Of a stretch of DNA of 50,715 nucleotides, positions 10,181 to 18,939 are shown piece by piece. A program made the position numbers and the translations under genes. The notes under the pieces were generated by a model that saw only the letters and a list, made by a program, of their open reading frames with translations, was not told the DNA's origin and searched no databases. The DNA is from Candidatus Woesearchaeota archaeon (GTDB lineage: Archaea; Nanobdellota; Nanobdellia; Pacearchaeales; GW2011-AR1): NCBI GenBank assembly GCA_964613185.1, contig CAZTIP010000001.1, forward strand, positions 1 to 50,715, given 5' to 3'. How positions within the stretch are numbered: position 1 is the stretch's first letter; every line of letters begins with the position of its first letter.

Positions 10181-12014
10181 AACTTATATAAATTAGTTCA
10201 TCCTCCACTCTTAAATAATTCTTCTGTAATTCATCCAAACTACCAGGCAAACTAAACATAGGTACATTGATATTTATTTCTGCCGAATCTTTCAATTGTC
10301 CTTCAGTAACATATTCATTAGTTCTCCCGCCTCCAACAACTGCAAAAGTAACTTCGGTTTCAGGAAGATTAACATCATAACATTTTTCCCGTTCCATACC
10401 TAAGAAGCCACCAATACCCGATTCAGGAACATCAACACATTTTCTTTCATTGATAGCGGGGAATTTAAGAGAAGTATCATCATATGCCTGAACAGAAACA
10501 TTATAATTTCCTTCAATCAAGTTTATCTTATCTGTTTCTGGATAAATTACCGTAGTGGAATAATCTTCAGAAGTAAAACTAATCACTGCCTGTTTGACAT
10601 CTTCCAATTCCAAGGATAGTTCATATTTTTTATTCAAAACAATATTTGCAATATCTTCTTCATTGGTGGAAATCTGAAACTTAGATTCCGCATATCCTTC
10701 TGCAGAAGCAAGAATAAACCCATTAACACAACTTGGAAATTCTCCTTCCAGAACAGCATCTCCACCAACATCTTTAGTTTCTCCAATATCACAAGTAGAT
10801 TTTAAACACTTAAATTGGATTCGAGATTCTACAGGATTTAAATCCCAATCATAAGTATGAACTGAAATTGGAGTTTCACGATATTTACAAACTTCAGATT
10901 CAATAGATTCCCCAGAAGAGGTAGGTAAAGCTTCCCTTGCCTGACTTTTAGAAATCACTACAGAAACAGGAAATTGAAAAATTTCTTCATCATCATAAAA
11001 CTGCATCAAGACAGGAAAATTAATATCATAAACAAAATGATAGGGAACATAACAAAATCCTAAAATCCCCATACCTTCTTGAAGACCTACAGGTTCAATA
11101 ACTTTATCTCCGTGCATTTCTATTCTCGTTGGCCAATCTGCAGAATAAAGAAAATTCAAATTCTCATCAACGTCAAATCCCGGGTCCGTAACAAAATAAT
11201 TCCTATCTTTTGAAGACAGACTAAAATAATCCCCTGAAAGTTTAATCGTAGGAATATTATCTATAAGCCCTCCAACAATATCTGAACGAATATCTTCTTC
11301 AACAAAAATTTGAGGTTCGCAAGTAACCATCGTATCTGTAACGGGTGCATAAAGCCTCATAACATCTAAGGCATATTTTTCCAAGAACATATCAGATTTC
11401 TCAAAATTATAAACCTCCATTGCCAAATCAAAAAATTTCCCAAGTTTACTATCTATTGAAAAAGAATGGCTATCTAAAACAACAGAATTATCTTCAAATG
11501 AAAGTGTTAATTTGCTTTCAACATCTAAAGAAACTTTATATTTATCTATTTCAACATCCACAAGCCCATTTTCCAAATAAATATCATAACCTGCCTCATC
11601 AAAATCAGAAAAATCACAATCAACAATTCTATCTCCAACATATTTTCCAAGTTCTTCTTCCATCCCACTTTTCGTAGGAACTTGTTCTTTCAAAAGATTA
11701 TTTCCAGAAACATACATCCAATATGGAATTCCGGAACCAAAAAAATCTAATTGAGAGGAAAAGGGCATGTATGCAGAACCTGGTTCAAACTCAGGAAGGG
11801 AAATATATCCTCCCTGTTCACCTAAAAGACCTGCCCCATAGGTTGCAGTATCTTCTAAACAAGAAAGATAATAATCATAAACTTCTTCAAATTCAGGAGG
11901 GACACTACTTCCAAAACCTCCACTAAATGAAAAATAAACCAAAATTCCCCCCACAATTAAAATAGCTAAAATAACAAAAATTGTAACCTGTCCCTTTTTT
12001 TCAAACCTATTCAT
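10173..12014 (-). CDS. Large pilin-like protein with class III signal peptide
   Basis: MNRFEKKG/QVTIFVILAILIVGG class III leader; GGTGA RBS before the ATG at 12014; beta-rich Cys-containing body. Confidence 0.75.
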   Translation of the reverse strand: MNRFEKKGQVTIFVILAILIVGGILVYFSFSGGFGSSVPPEFEEVYDYYLSCLEDTATYGAGLLGEQGGYISLPEFEPGSAYMPFSSQLDFFGSGIPYWMYVSGNNLLKEQVPTKSGMEEELGKYVGDRIVDCDFSDFDEAGYDIYLENGLVDVEIDKYKVSLDVESKLTLSFEDNSVVLDSHSFSIDSKLGKFFDLAMEVYNFEKSDMFLEKYALDVMRLYAPVTDTMVTCEPQIFVEEDIRSDIVGGLIDNIPTIKLSGDYFSLSSKDRNYFVTDPGFDVDENLNFLYSADWPTRIEMHGDKVIEPVGLQEGMGILGFCYVPYHFVYDINFPVLMQFYDDEEIFQFPVSVVISKSQAREALPTSSGESIESEVCKYRETPISVHTYDWDLNPVESRIQFKCLKSTCDIGETKDVGGDAVLEGEFPSCVNGFILASAEGYAESKFQISTNEEDIANIVLNKKYELSLELEDVKQAVISFTSEDYSTTVIYPETDKINLIEGNYNVSVQAYDDTSLKFPAINERKCVDVPESGIGGFLGMEREKCYDVNLPETEVTFAVVGGGRTNEYVTEGQLKDSAEININVPMFSLPGSLDELQKNYLRVEDELIYISYE

Positions 12015-12144
12015 TTTTCTCACCTTCTTTTTTTACTTTTTTCTTAATTAATTCAATGATTTCACTATTAATATCCTTTTGTATACTTTCTTTAAACTTT
12101 TCCCAAAGCTTTTCATCCTCAACTAATAACAAATATTTTTTCAT
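12007..12144 (-). CDS. Small ribbon-helix-helix-like protein (45 aa, not in ORF track)
   Basis: MKKYLLLVEDEKLWEKFKESIQKDINSEIIELIKKKVKKEGEKNE; GAGGT RBS; stop overlaps the next start (ATGAATAG); strand-helix-helix pattern. Confidence 0.65.
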   Translation of the reverse strand: MKKYLLLVEDEKLWEKFKESIQKDINSEIIELIKKKVKKEGEKNE

Positions 12145-12179
12145 ACCTCAAACACCTAAAAATAAACAACAAACAAGCA

Positions 12180-12246
12180 CTTATAAATATTTCTAAATAA
12201 CTAACTTAATAACTTAATAACTAACTTACTAAGTAAACTAAACTTA
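12180..12246 (-). promoter_or_regulatory. TATA box plus operator-like repeats upstream of the RHH/pilin-like/giant-protein operon
   Basis: Minus-strand TTTATAAG at about 12180-12187; AATAACTAACTTA at 12196-12208 and 12216-12228 (20-bp period); near-palindrome TTACT-A-AGTAA at 12226-12236. Confidence 0.5.
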
Positions 12247-12249
12247 AAA

Positions 12250-12320
12250 TGGTCCTGCCAAGAATCGAACTTGGACTTCGTCGAAGTCAACGACACGTTC
12301 TACCACTAGACTACAGGACC
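12250..12320 (-). tRNA. tRNA-Val(GAC)
   Basis: Acceptor GGTCCTG/CAGGACC, anticodon arm TGTCG-TTGACTT-CGACG, T arm CCAAG-TTCGATT-CTTGG. Confidence 0.9.
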
Positions 12321-12346
12321 TTAAAAAAGATTGGATATTAAAACTT

Positions 12347-12631
12347 TTAAATCTTGCCACGCTTACTTTTCTTACCACCTTTAACACGTCCCCAATTTTC
12401 TTTAACAAGTTTAAATTTCAAATCACGCATATCAATCCCAGAAACATTACAAAAATCAATAAATAAACTTTCAGGCAATAATCTATCTCCAGAATAATAA
12501 TTCTTAAGAGTAGAATATTTAACATTAAAACCAAATTGTAAAAGCCCCCTCATAGAAGGAGCATTCATTCTAAATATTACTTCTTCAAAAAATTTCCTAT
12601 GACCATCTGCGAAAAATCTAACCCTCGCCAT
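12347..12631 (-). CDS. Small hypothetical protein, possible HTH DNA-binding domain
   Basis: 94-aa ORF with upstream TATA; YSTLKNYYSGDRLLP resembles an XRE-like recognition helix; NWGRVKGGK tail. Confidence 0.5.
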   Translation of the reverse strand: MARVRFFADGHRKFFEEVIFRMNAPSMRGLLQFGFNVKYSTLKNYYSGDRLLPESLFIDFCNVSGIDMRDLKFKLVKENWGRVKGGKKSKRGKI

Positions 12632-12717
12632 ATATTCTCAAATTAAACTAACTTATAAAATTAACTACGAGACCATACAAACAAAAACTTTAAAAAGCAA
12701 ATTACAAAAAGAATAGT

Positions 12718-13020
12718 ATGAAAATGCCCAAAAAATTGAACAGATATTGTCCTAGATGTAGAAAAAAAACCGAACAAAAAGTCAAGGAACAAAGTAAGGG
12801 AAAGGCCTCAACACTTAAAAGAGGAGCAAAACAAAGGGCTATGCTTAGAGGACTTAATAGAGGGATTGGAAATAAAGGGCGTTATTCCCGTCTTAAAAAT
12901 CAGGCAAAGGGAAAAAGAAAAACAACTAAAAAAACAGCAATTGTTTATACTTGTACCGTTTGTAATAAAGGAAAGGATCAAAAGAAAGGTAAAAGAACAT
13001 CAAAATTAGTACTTGAATAA
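12718..13020 (+). CDS. rpl44e: 50S ribosomal protein L44e
   Basis: MKMPKK..RYCPRC..KTTKK..YTCTVC zinc ribbon. Confidence 0.92.
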   Translation: MKMPKKLNRYCPRCRKKTEQKVKEQSKGKASTLKRGAKQRAMLRGLNRGIGNKGRYSRLKNQAKGKRKTTKKTAIVYTCTVCNKGKDQKKGKRTSKLVLE

Positions 13021-13021
13021 A

Positions 13022-13732
13022 ATGGCAGAAAGAAGAAAATACATCGAAGTGAAGATTCCACTTTTAGGTTCAACTATGAGAGTTTTAGGAACTCCAGAAC
13101 AACTTCATCAAAAAACAATAAAGTTGGATTTAACAAGGAAATTGAGAGGTAAAGGAGTTGTAATAACTTTCAATATATTCAATGAAGAAGGAAGTTTAAT
13201 TGCAGTTCCAAAAAAAATTGAAATAGTGAAAGCTTATGTTCGAAAAGTTGTAAGAAAAAGGGCTGATTATGTTGAAGATTCTTTCGTAGCAAGATGTGCA
13301 GATGTCAGGGCAGTAGTTAAACCATTATTAGTTACACGAAAAAAGGTTTCGAGAGTTGTTAGAAAAAATCTTAGAAACAAGGCAAGAGAATTTCTTTTAG
13401 AATATTTAAAAGGAAAAGATTACAACGAGATTTGTCAGGAATTAATGGATGGAACATTGCAAAAAAAATTATTACCTAAGTTAAAAAAAGTTTACCCACT
13501 TTCTTTTTGTGATTTAAGAATTTTCGAAACAAAGGAAACTGAAAAATTAGATTTAAGTAAAATAAACATGGAAGAACCTTCAAAAGAAACTTCGGAAGAT
13601 ATTCAAAAGATTTCAGAAGAAGAAGAAGAAGAAACTGAGAAATCTGAAGAAGAAGAAGAAGAAACTGAGAAATCTGAAGAAGATTTTGAAGAAAGTGTAG
13701 ATTTAGAGAAACCAATAAAAGAAGATGATTGA
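13022..13732 (+). CDS. rps3ae: 30S ribosomal protein S3Ae (eS1) with acidic C-terminal tail
   Basis: AYVRKVVRKRADYVEDSF and LKKVYPL motifs; N-terminus shortened; ATG at 13022. Confidence 0.8.
   Translation: MAERRKYIEVKIPLLGSTMRVLGTPEQLHQKTIKLDLTRKLRGKGVVITFNIFNEEGSLIAVPKKIEIVKAYVRKVVRKRADYVEDSFVARCADVRAVVKPLLVTRKKVSRVVRKNLRNKAREFLLEYLKGKDYNEICQELMDGTLQKKLLPKLKKVYPLSFCDLRIFETKETEKLDLSKINMEEPSKETSEDIQKISEEEEEETEKSEEEEEETEKSEEDFEESVDLEKPIKEDD
13616..13683 (+). repeat. Perfect 30-bp tandem repeat (about 2.3 copies) in the rps3ae tail
   Basis: GAAGAAGAAGAAGAAGAAACTGAGAAATCT twice plus a partial copy; encodes EEEEEETEKS. Confidence 0.9.
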
Positions 13733-14204
13733 ACAAACATTAGTTTTAATTAAGCCAGACGGAATTGCAAGAGGATTAATCGGAGAAGTGATTAAAAGAT
13801 TTGAACAAAGGGGGTTAAAAATCTCCGGATTAAAAATGGTAAAAATAGATTCAGATTTCTCAAAAAAACATTATGCAGAACATATAGAAAAAGAATTTTA
13901 TAAAGGGCTAGAAGATTTTATTATTTCTGGACCGATTGTTGCAATGGTAATCGAAGGAGTCGATTCTATTGAAAATGTTCGAAAGATTGTGGGAGAAACC
14001 GAGTCAAAATCTGCAAATCCAGGAACAATCAGAGGAGATTTTTCGCACATTTCATATTCTCATGCAGATGAAAAGGGAATTGCGATAAAGAATATAATCC
14101 ATGCCTCTGGAAATTCAGAAGATGCAAAAAAAGAATTGAGTTTGTGGTTTTCAATTGATGAGTTACATAATTACAAAAAATCTAACGAAGAACATGTTTT
14201 CTAA
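13725..14204 (+). CDS. ndk: Nucleoside diphosphate kinase
   Basis: EQTLVLIKPDG, PGTIRGDF, catalytic NIIHAS. Confidence 0.97.
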   Translation: MIEQTLVLIKPDGIARGLIGEVIKRFEQRGLKISGLKMVKIDSDFSKKHYAEHIEKEFYKGLEDFIISGPIVAMVIEGVDSIENVRKIVGETESKSANPGTIRGDFSHISYSHADEKGIAIKNIIHASGNSEDAKKELSLWFSIDELHNYKKSNEEHVF

Positions 14205-14207
14205 AAA

Positions 14208-14390
14208 TTAATCTTTTTCAACAATTAATTTTTCAACTGCTTTTTCAACAAGAGAACCTTTATTTTTTGGCCTTTTGGCCCTAGAGCGAGATTTTCCATT
14301 AACTAAATCATTAATTCTTCTTTTCCTTCTAGCAACTCTCCAGCTTTTATTTCTATCAAGTCGTTTTGGTTTATTTTTGGATGTAGCCAT
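14208..14390 (-). CDS. Small, very basic hypothetical protein (60 aa)
   Basis: ATG start with TTTAAAA box about 25-30 nt upstream; fills the gap between tRNA-Thr and ndk. Confidence 0.6.
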   Translation of the reverse strand: MATSKNKPKRLDRNKSWRVARRKRRINDLVNGKSRSRAKRPKNKGSLVEKAVEKLIVEKD

Positions 14391-14429
14391 ATTATTTCTT
14401 TTATTTCTTCCGTTTTAAATCTTTGCCTA

Positions 14430-14502
14430 AGCCTGCGGCCGGAGTCAAACCGACGACCTACTGCTTACAAGGCAGCCGCTCTATCAACTGAGCTACGCAG
14501 GC
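14430..14502 (-). tRNA. tRNA-Thr(TGT)
   Basis: Acceptor GCCTGCG/CGCAGGC, anticodon arm GCTGC-CTTGTAA-GCAGT, T arm GTCGG-TTTGACT-CCGGC. Confidence 0.93.
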
Positions 14503-14583
14503 ACCTAATTCAAGAGAAAAAACGGTTTTTAAGTATTTCCAAAATTTAATTTAATAAACTAAAATTTCAATAACTTTTCAAAG

Positions 14584-15141
14584 TTATTCTTCTTCAAGAA
14601 TTTCGACACGATTATCCTTTTCAAGAATTTCGACAATTTCTTTAGGTAAATTAGCAACAAGTCCTTTTTCAAAGGGGCCCTCTTCTTCACCTTCAAAATT
14701 CAAAAACTCAGGAACATCCTCCAAAAATCTAACTAGTTTATGTTTAGTTTCGCTATCTTGTGCACCACTCATGTCTCCATTCAAATTTTTCTCAGATTTT
14801 TCCAAACTCTTCACGACTTCCTCAAACAAATCTTTCTCAAAACCAAGAAGATTTTCAAAATCTTTTTTTCCAATTCCAACCTCTGCAGCGACAAAAGATA
14901 AATTCAAAATTTTCTTCTTCCGGATTCTCAATAAATCTCTAAAACTAGAAAGAGAATTTTCAAGACGTTTTTTATTTTTTATAGCCATCGCAGAAAAAGA
15001 ATCTTCCTCTTTATTCAAAAATTCCTTTTTTTCTTTAAAATATTCTGCAGATTCTTGCAAAAATTTAGGGGGAAGGAGTTGCAACTGTTCAGAATACTTC
15101 TCTTTTCGCATAGCTTCGTACAAATCACTAAAAGTTATCAT
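14584..15141 (-). CDS. gins51: DNA replication complex GINS subunit (Gins51 type)
   Basis: Helical A domain (RKEKYSEQLQLLP, RKKKILNL) followed by B domain (VRFLEDVPEF..GPFEKG..ANLP). Confidence 0.85.
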   Translation of the reverse strand: MITFSDLYEAMRKEKYSEQLQLLPPKFLQESAEYFKEKKEFLNKEEDSFSAMAIKNKKRLENSLSSFRDLLRIRKKKILNLSFVAAEVGIGKKDFENLLGFEKDLFEEVVKSLEKSEKNLNGDMSGAQDSETKHKLVRFLEDVPEFLNFEGEEEGPFEKGLVANLPKEIVEILEKDNRVEILEEE

Positions 15142-15229
15142 AATAATCTATATTCGTCCAATTTAAAAGAATTAGTATAGTCTAGAAAATTACGCAATAA
15201 TTTATAAAATAAAATTGTCTAATTAAAAT

Positions 15230-16264
15230 ATGTTTGGTTCATTAAAGGATAAGTTAAAGGGGTGGGTGAAGAAAACTGAAGAAAAGGGAGTAGTAGTTGA
15301 AACTCCAAAGGAAGAAAAATCGATAAAAAAAACTAAAAAAGTAGAAAAAGAATCAAAAAAGAATAATTCAAAAGAGGAATTGGGAAAAGTTTTAGAAAAC
15401 TCATCAGAAAGAAAATTTTATAAAAAATTCAAAAAAAGGTTAACTGATGAAAAGTTTGAAGAATTATTTGAAGAATTAGAATTAATACTATTACAAAATA
15501 ATGTTGCTTACAATACTATTGAGTCAATAAAAAATTCATTAGGTGAAAAATTAATTGGAAAAACTATCAATGAGGTTAACCTATCTGAGGAATTAAAGAA
15601 TTCAATAGAATCTATTTTAATCGAAAGTCCTGATTTCATAAAAACGATTAAAGACACTTTAGAAGTTAAAAGTCCTTTTGTGATAATCCTTGCAGGAATT
15701 AATGGTTCAGGAAAAACAACAACTACTGCAAAAATTGCAAACTACCTTCAAAAAAATAAACTATCGGTATCTCTTGCGGCAGCAGATACTTTCAGAGCAG
15801 CCTCTATAGAACAACTTAAAGAACACGCAGACAATTTAAAAATCCATTTAACAAAAAAAGATTATGGTTCAGATCCTGCCTCAATAGGTTTTGAAGCGAT
15901 ATCGCACGCGAAAAAAAATAAAATTGATGTAGTTTTAATTGATACTGCAGGAAGAATGCAAAATAAAGATTCTTTAATGAACGAGATAGAAAAAATTGTA
16001 AGAGTTTCCAAGCCAGATATGAAAATTTTTCTAGGAGAATCAATTACAGGAAATGATGCAATTGAACAAGCATCAGCTTTTAACGAAAAAATTGGGATTA
16101 CAGGAATCATTCTTTCAAAAACTGACGTTGATGAAAAGGGAGGGACTGCGATTTCAGTTTCCCAAATTACAGGAAAACCAATTTTATTCCTCGGAACAGG
16201 TCAAGGATATGAAGATTTAGAAAAATTCAACAAAAAGAAATTTATCGAAAAATTAGAACTATAG
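15230..16264 (+). CDS. ftsY: SRP receptor FtsY
   Basis: GINGSGKTTT, DTFRAAS, DTAGR, DEKGG. Confidence 0.96.
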   Translation: MFGSLKDKLKGWVKKTEEKGVVVETPKEEKSIKKTKKVEKESKKNNSKEELGKVLENSSERKFYKKFKKRLTDEKFEELFEELELILLQNNVAYNTIESIKNSLGEKLIGKTINEVNLSEELKNSIESILIESPDFIKTIKDTLEVKSPFVIILAGINGSGKTTTTAKIANYLQKNKLSVSLAAADTFRAASIEQLKEHADNLKIHLTKKDYGSDPASIGFEAISHAKKNKIDVVLIDTAGRMQNKDSLMNEIEKIVRVSKPDMKIFLGESITGNDAIEQASAFNEKIGITGIILSKTDVDEKGGTAISVSQITGKPILFLGTGQGYEDLEKFNKKKFIEKLEL

Positions 16265-16307
16265 AAAAAACCCAAAATTTAATAACCCTTCAAACACTCC
16301 TAAAACA

Positions 16308-17666
16308 ATGGTACTTGACAAATTAGGAAACGTATTAAAATCCGGAGTAACAAAAATTTCAAATGCAATCTTCTTGGATAAAAAATTAATAGATGGAATT
16401 ATCAAAGATATTCAAAAAGCATTAATAGAGGCAGACGTAAATATCGAGCTAGTTCTTAAACTTTCTAAAAGAATAAAAAAAATAGCTTATGATGAAACAA
16501 TAAAAGGTATTGATAAAAAAGAACAACTAGTAAAATTAATTCACGACGAAATAACCAATTTACTTGGAAATAAAAAAGAATTAAAATTGTCAAAAAAAGC
16601 AAAGATAATGTTCCTTGGACTTTATGGTGCAGGAAAAACAACCACAATTTCAAAGTTAGGCCTATACTATTCTAAACGTGGAAGAAAAGTTGCACTTCTT
16701 GGACTTGATACTCAAAGACCTGCTGCAATGGATCAATTAGAACAAATGGCGAAAAAGGCAAAAATTCCTGCATTCATAGATAAAAAAGAAAAAGACCCTC
16801 TAAAAATAATAAAAAATTTCAAAAAAGATTTAGAAAAATACGATTTAGTTTTAATTGATACTGCTGGAAGAGATGGATTAAATAAGGAACTCATCAAAGA
16901 AATAAAATCTCTTAACAAGGCAATAAAACCAGATTATAATTTATTGGTCATGCCAGCAGACACGGGGCAAACAGCAAAAACACAAACAATAGAATTTCAA
17001 AAAGCGCTTTCTATTGATGGAGTAATCATTACTCGGATGGATGGAACTTCGAAGGGTGGAGGGGCATTAACTGCATGTGCTGAATCAAAATCTCCTGTTT
17101 TTTTCATAGGAGTAGGAGAACAAATTCACGAAATAGAATCCTTCAATCAGGAAGCTTTCATTCAAAGACTTTTGGGGATGGGCGATTTAGAGGCACTTCT
17201 AGAAAAAGTGAAATCTGCAACAGATGAAAAACAACAAAAAAGAATGGAGGATCGATTAAAAGAAGGGAAATTTACATTAAGAGATTTGGCAGGGCAATTG
17301 GAACAAATGAATCAAATTGGAAGCATGGATAAACTTATGGGGATGGTTCCTGGAATGTCTTCGGCAAAAATTCCCAAAGAAGCACTGCAAAAACAAGAAT
17401 CTAAAATGAAACACTGGAAATCTGCAATCTCTTCAATGACTGAAGAAGAAATTGAAAATCCAGAGGTTCTAGAAAAACAAACTTCTAGAATAAAAAGAAT
17501 TGCATCAGGTTCAGGAACAACAACTACCGAATTAAGAGAGCTTCTTAAACAATATAAAATGTTAAAAGAGATGATGGGAATGCAGGCAGGAATGGCAGAA
17601 GGAAACATGGATCAAAAAACAATGATGAAAATGGCGAAAAAGTTTAAAGGGAAAATGAAATTTTAA
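16308..17666 (+). CDS. srp54: Signal recognition particle protein SRP54
   Basis: GLYGAGKTTT, RPAAMDQL, DTAGR, RLLGMGD, Met-rich M domain. Confidence 0.97.
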   Translation: MVLDKLGNVLKSGVTKISNAIFLDKKLIDGIIKDIQKALIEADVNIELVLKLSKRIKKIAYDETIKGIDKKEQLVKLIHDEITNLLGNKKELKLSKKAKIMFLGLYGAGKTTTISKLGLYYSKRGRKVALLGLDTQRPAAMDQLEQMAKKAKIPAFIDKKEKDPLKIIKNFKKDLEKYDLVLIDTAGRDGLNKELIKEIKSLNKAIKPDYNLLVMPADTGQTAKTQTIEFQKALSIDGVIITRMDGTSKGGGALTACAESKSPVFFIGVGEQIHEIESFNQEAFIQRLLGMGDLEALLEKVKSATDEKQQKRMEDRLKEGKFTLRDLAGQLEQMNQIGSMDKLMGMVPGMSSAKIPKEALQKQESKMKHWKSAISSMTEEEIENPEVLEKQTSRIKRIASGSGTTTTELRELLKQYKMLKEMMGMQAGMAEGNMDQKTMMKMAKKFKGKMKF

Positions 17667-17669
17667 ATA

Positions 17670-18272
17670 ATGAAACAAAAATTAATTGCGCAAGGTGCAG
17701 AGGCAAAAATATTTCTTAAGGATAAAACAATCCTGAAACAAAGAACTGAAAAATCATATCGCCATCTTCAATTAGATAAACAAATCAGAAAAAGAAGAAC
17801 CCGTTCAGAAGCAAAAATTTTAACAAAGGCATTATCTGCAAAAATAAACGTTCCAAAATTAATTTCAGCAGAAATTTTTAATTTAGAAATGGAATATCTC
17901 GACGGAGAAAAACTATCCCAAACTCTCAATAAATATCAAGAAAAAGAACAATTAACCATAATGAAAAAATTAGGAAATCAAGCATCCATTCTACATCAAA
18001 ATAACATCATTCACGGAGATTTGACAACTTCAAACACTATTTTGGTAAAATCTAAAATATTTTTAATAGATTTTGGACTTTCATTTATCTCAACAAAAAT
18101 TGAAGATATGGCAGTAGATCTTTATTTGATAAAGCAAGCATTGGAAGCAAAACATTTTCAAAATCACGAAAGATTATTTAATCATTTTATCAAAGGATAC
18201 AATTCTAAGGAAAAAGAAAAAATCTTAGAAAGATTAAGTGCTGTTGAAAAAAGGGGAAGGTATAAACATTAG
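17670..18272 (+). CDS. bud32: KEOPS kinase/ATPase Bud32
   Basis: QGAEA, HGDLTTSN, IDFGL, C-terminal RGRY. Confidence 0.95.
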   Translation: MKQKLIAQGAEAKIFLKDKTILKQRTEKSYRHLQLDKQIRKRRTRSEAKILTKALSAKINVPKLISAEIFNLEMEYLDGEKLSQTLNKYQEKEQLTIMKKLGNQASILHQNNIIHGDLTTSNTILVKSKIFLIDFGLSFISTKIEDMAVDLYLIKQALEAKHFQNHERLFNHFIKGYNSKEKEKILERLSAVEKRGRYKH

Positions 18273-18308
18273 AAACTCTTAAAAATAAAAGAAACACTCC
18301 AATATCAT

Positions 18309-18381
18309 AGCCCCGTAGTCTAGTGGTCAAGGATGGCAGGTTTTGATCCTGCTGACCCAGGTTCGAATCCTGGCGGGGCTA
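18309..18381 (+). tRNA. tRNA-Gln(TTG)
   Basis: Acceptor AGCCCCG/CGGGGCT with archaeal A1-U72, anticodon arm GCAGG-TTTTGAT-CCTGC. Confidence 0.95.
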
Positions 18382-18400
18382 TTTTTAGGATGAGAATCTA

Positions 18401-18488
18401 AGGTTCGATGAACAAATTACTCCAAATATGCCAATTGTATTTTCTGCATATAAGTTGTGATTTGCGAACACTGGCAGGGCTATTTTTA
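18401..18488 (+). pseudogene. Degenerate duplicate of the tRNA-Gln 3' half with a hairpin insertion in the T-loop
   Basis: AGGTTCGA, 62-nt insert, then CTGGCAGGGCTATTTTTA (17/18 identical to 18370-18387). Confidence 0.6.
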
Positions 18489-18528
18489 TAAAAGAAACTC
18501 TTAAAAAGCCTTTAAACACCAAATTAAC

Positions 18529-18882
18529 ATGGAAAAATTAGAAAAACCAACATGGGTTAAAATGAAAGAACCTGAATTAAAAAAAGTAATAGCAAAGCTT
18601 GCAGAAAAAAACACTCCTTCAAAAATAGGTTTAATATTAAGGGACCAATATGGGATTCCGACAACAAAAATTTTCGGAAAAAAGCTTAAAGCTTACTTAA
18701 AAGAGCTGAATATTGATATGAATGAAGATTTAACAAATGCAGAAAAAAAAGTTACAGGGTTAAAAAGTCATTTAAAACATAACATAACAGATAGAAAAGC
18801 CAAACATAAATTACAAAAAGCACAAAGTAGGTTAAACATTATTCAAAAATACTTTGGAATAGTAAAGAAAAGGAAAAAATAA
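18529..18882 (+). CDS. rps15: 30S ribosomal protein S15 (S13e type), shortened
   Basis: KPTWV, PSKIGLILRDQYGIP, HLKHN..D motifs. Confidence 0.92.
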   Translation: MEKLEKPTWVKMKEPELKKVIAKLAEKNTPSKIGLILRDQYGIPTTKIFGKKLKAYLKELNIDMNEDLTNAEKKVTGLKSHLKHNITDRKAKHKLQKAQSRLNIIQKYFGIVKKRKK

Positions 18883-18939
18883 TTTTACAACTTAAAAGAT
18901 TAAACACACCTTTATTAATGAAACAAGATTTTATTGAAA

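Noticed and set aside
12196-12246. Possible CRISPR array or replication origin
   Set aside because: Units are too short with no unique spacers; no cas genes, ORB-like G-string or cdc6 nearby
18401-18488. Functional split or intron-containing tRNA
   Set aside because: Removing the insert does not rebuild a complete T arm and no matching 5' half is adjacent; kept only as a relic
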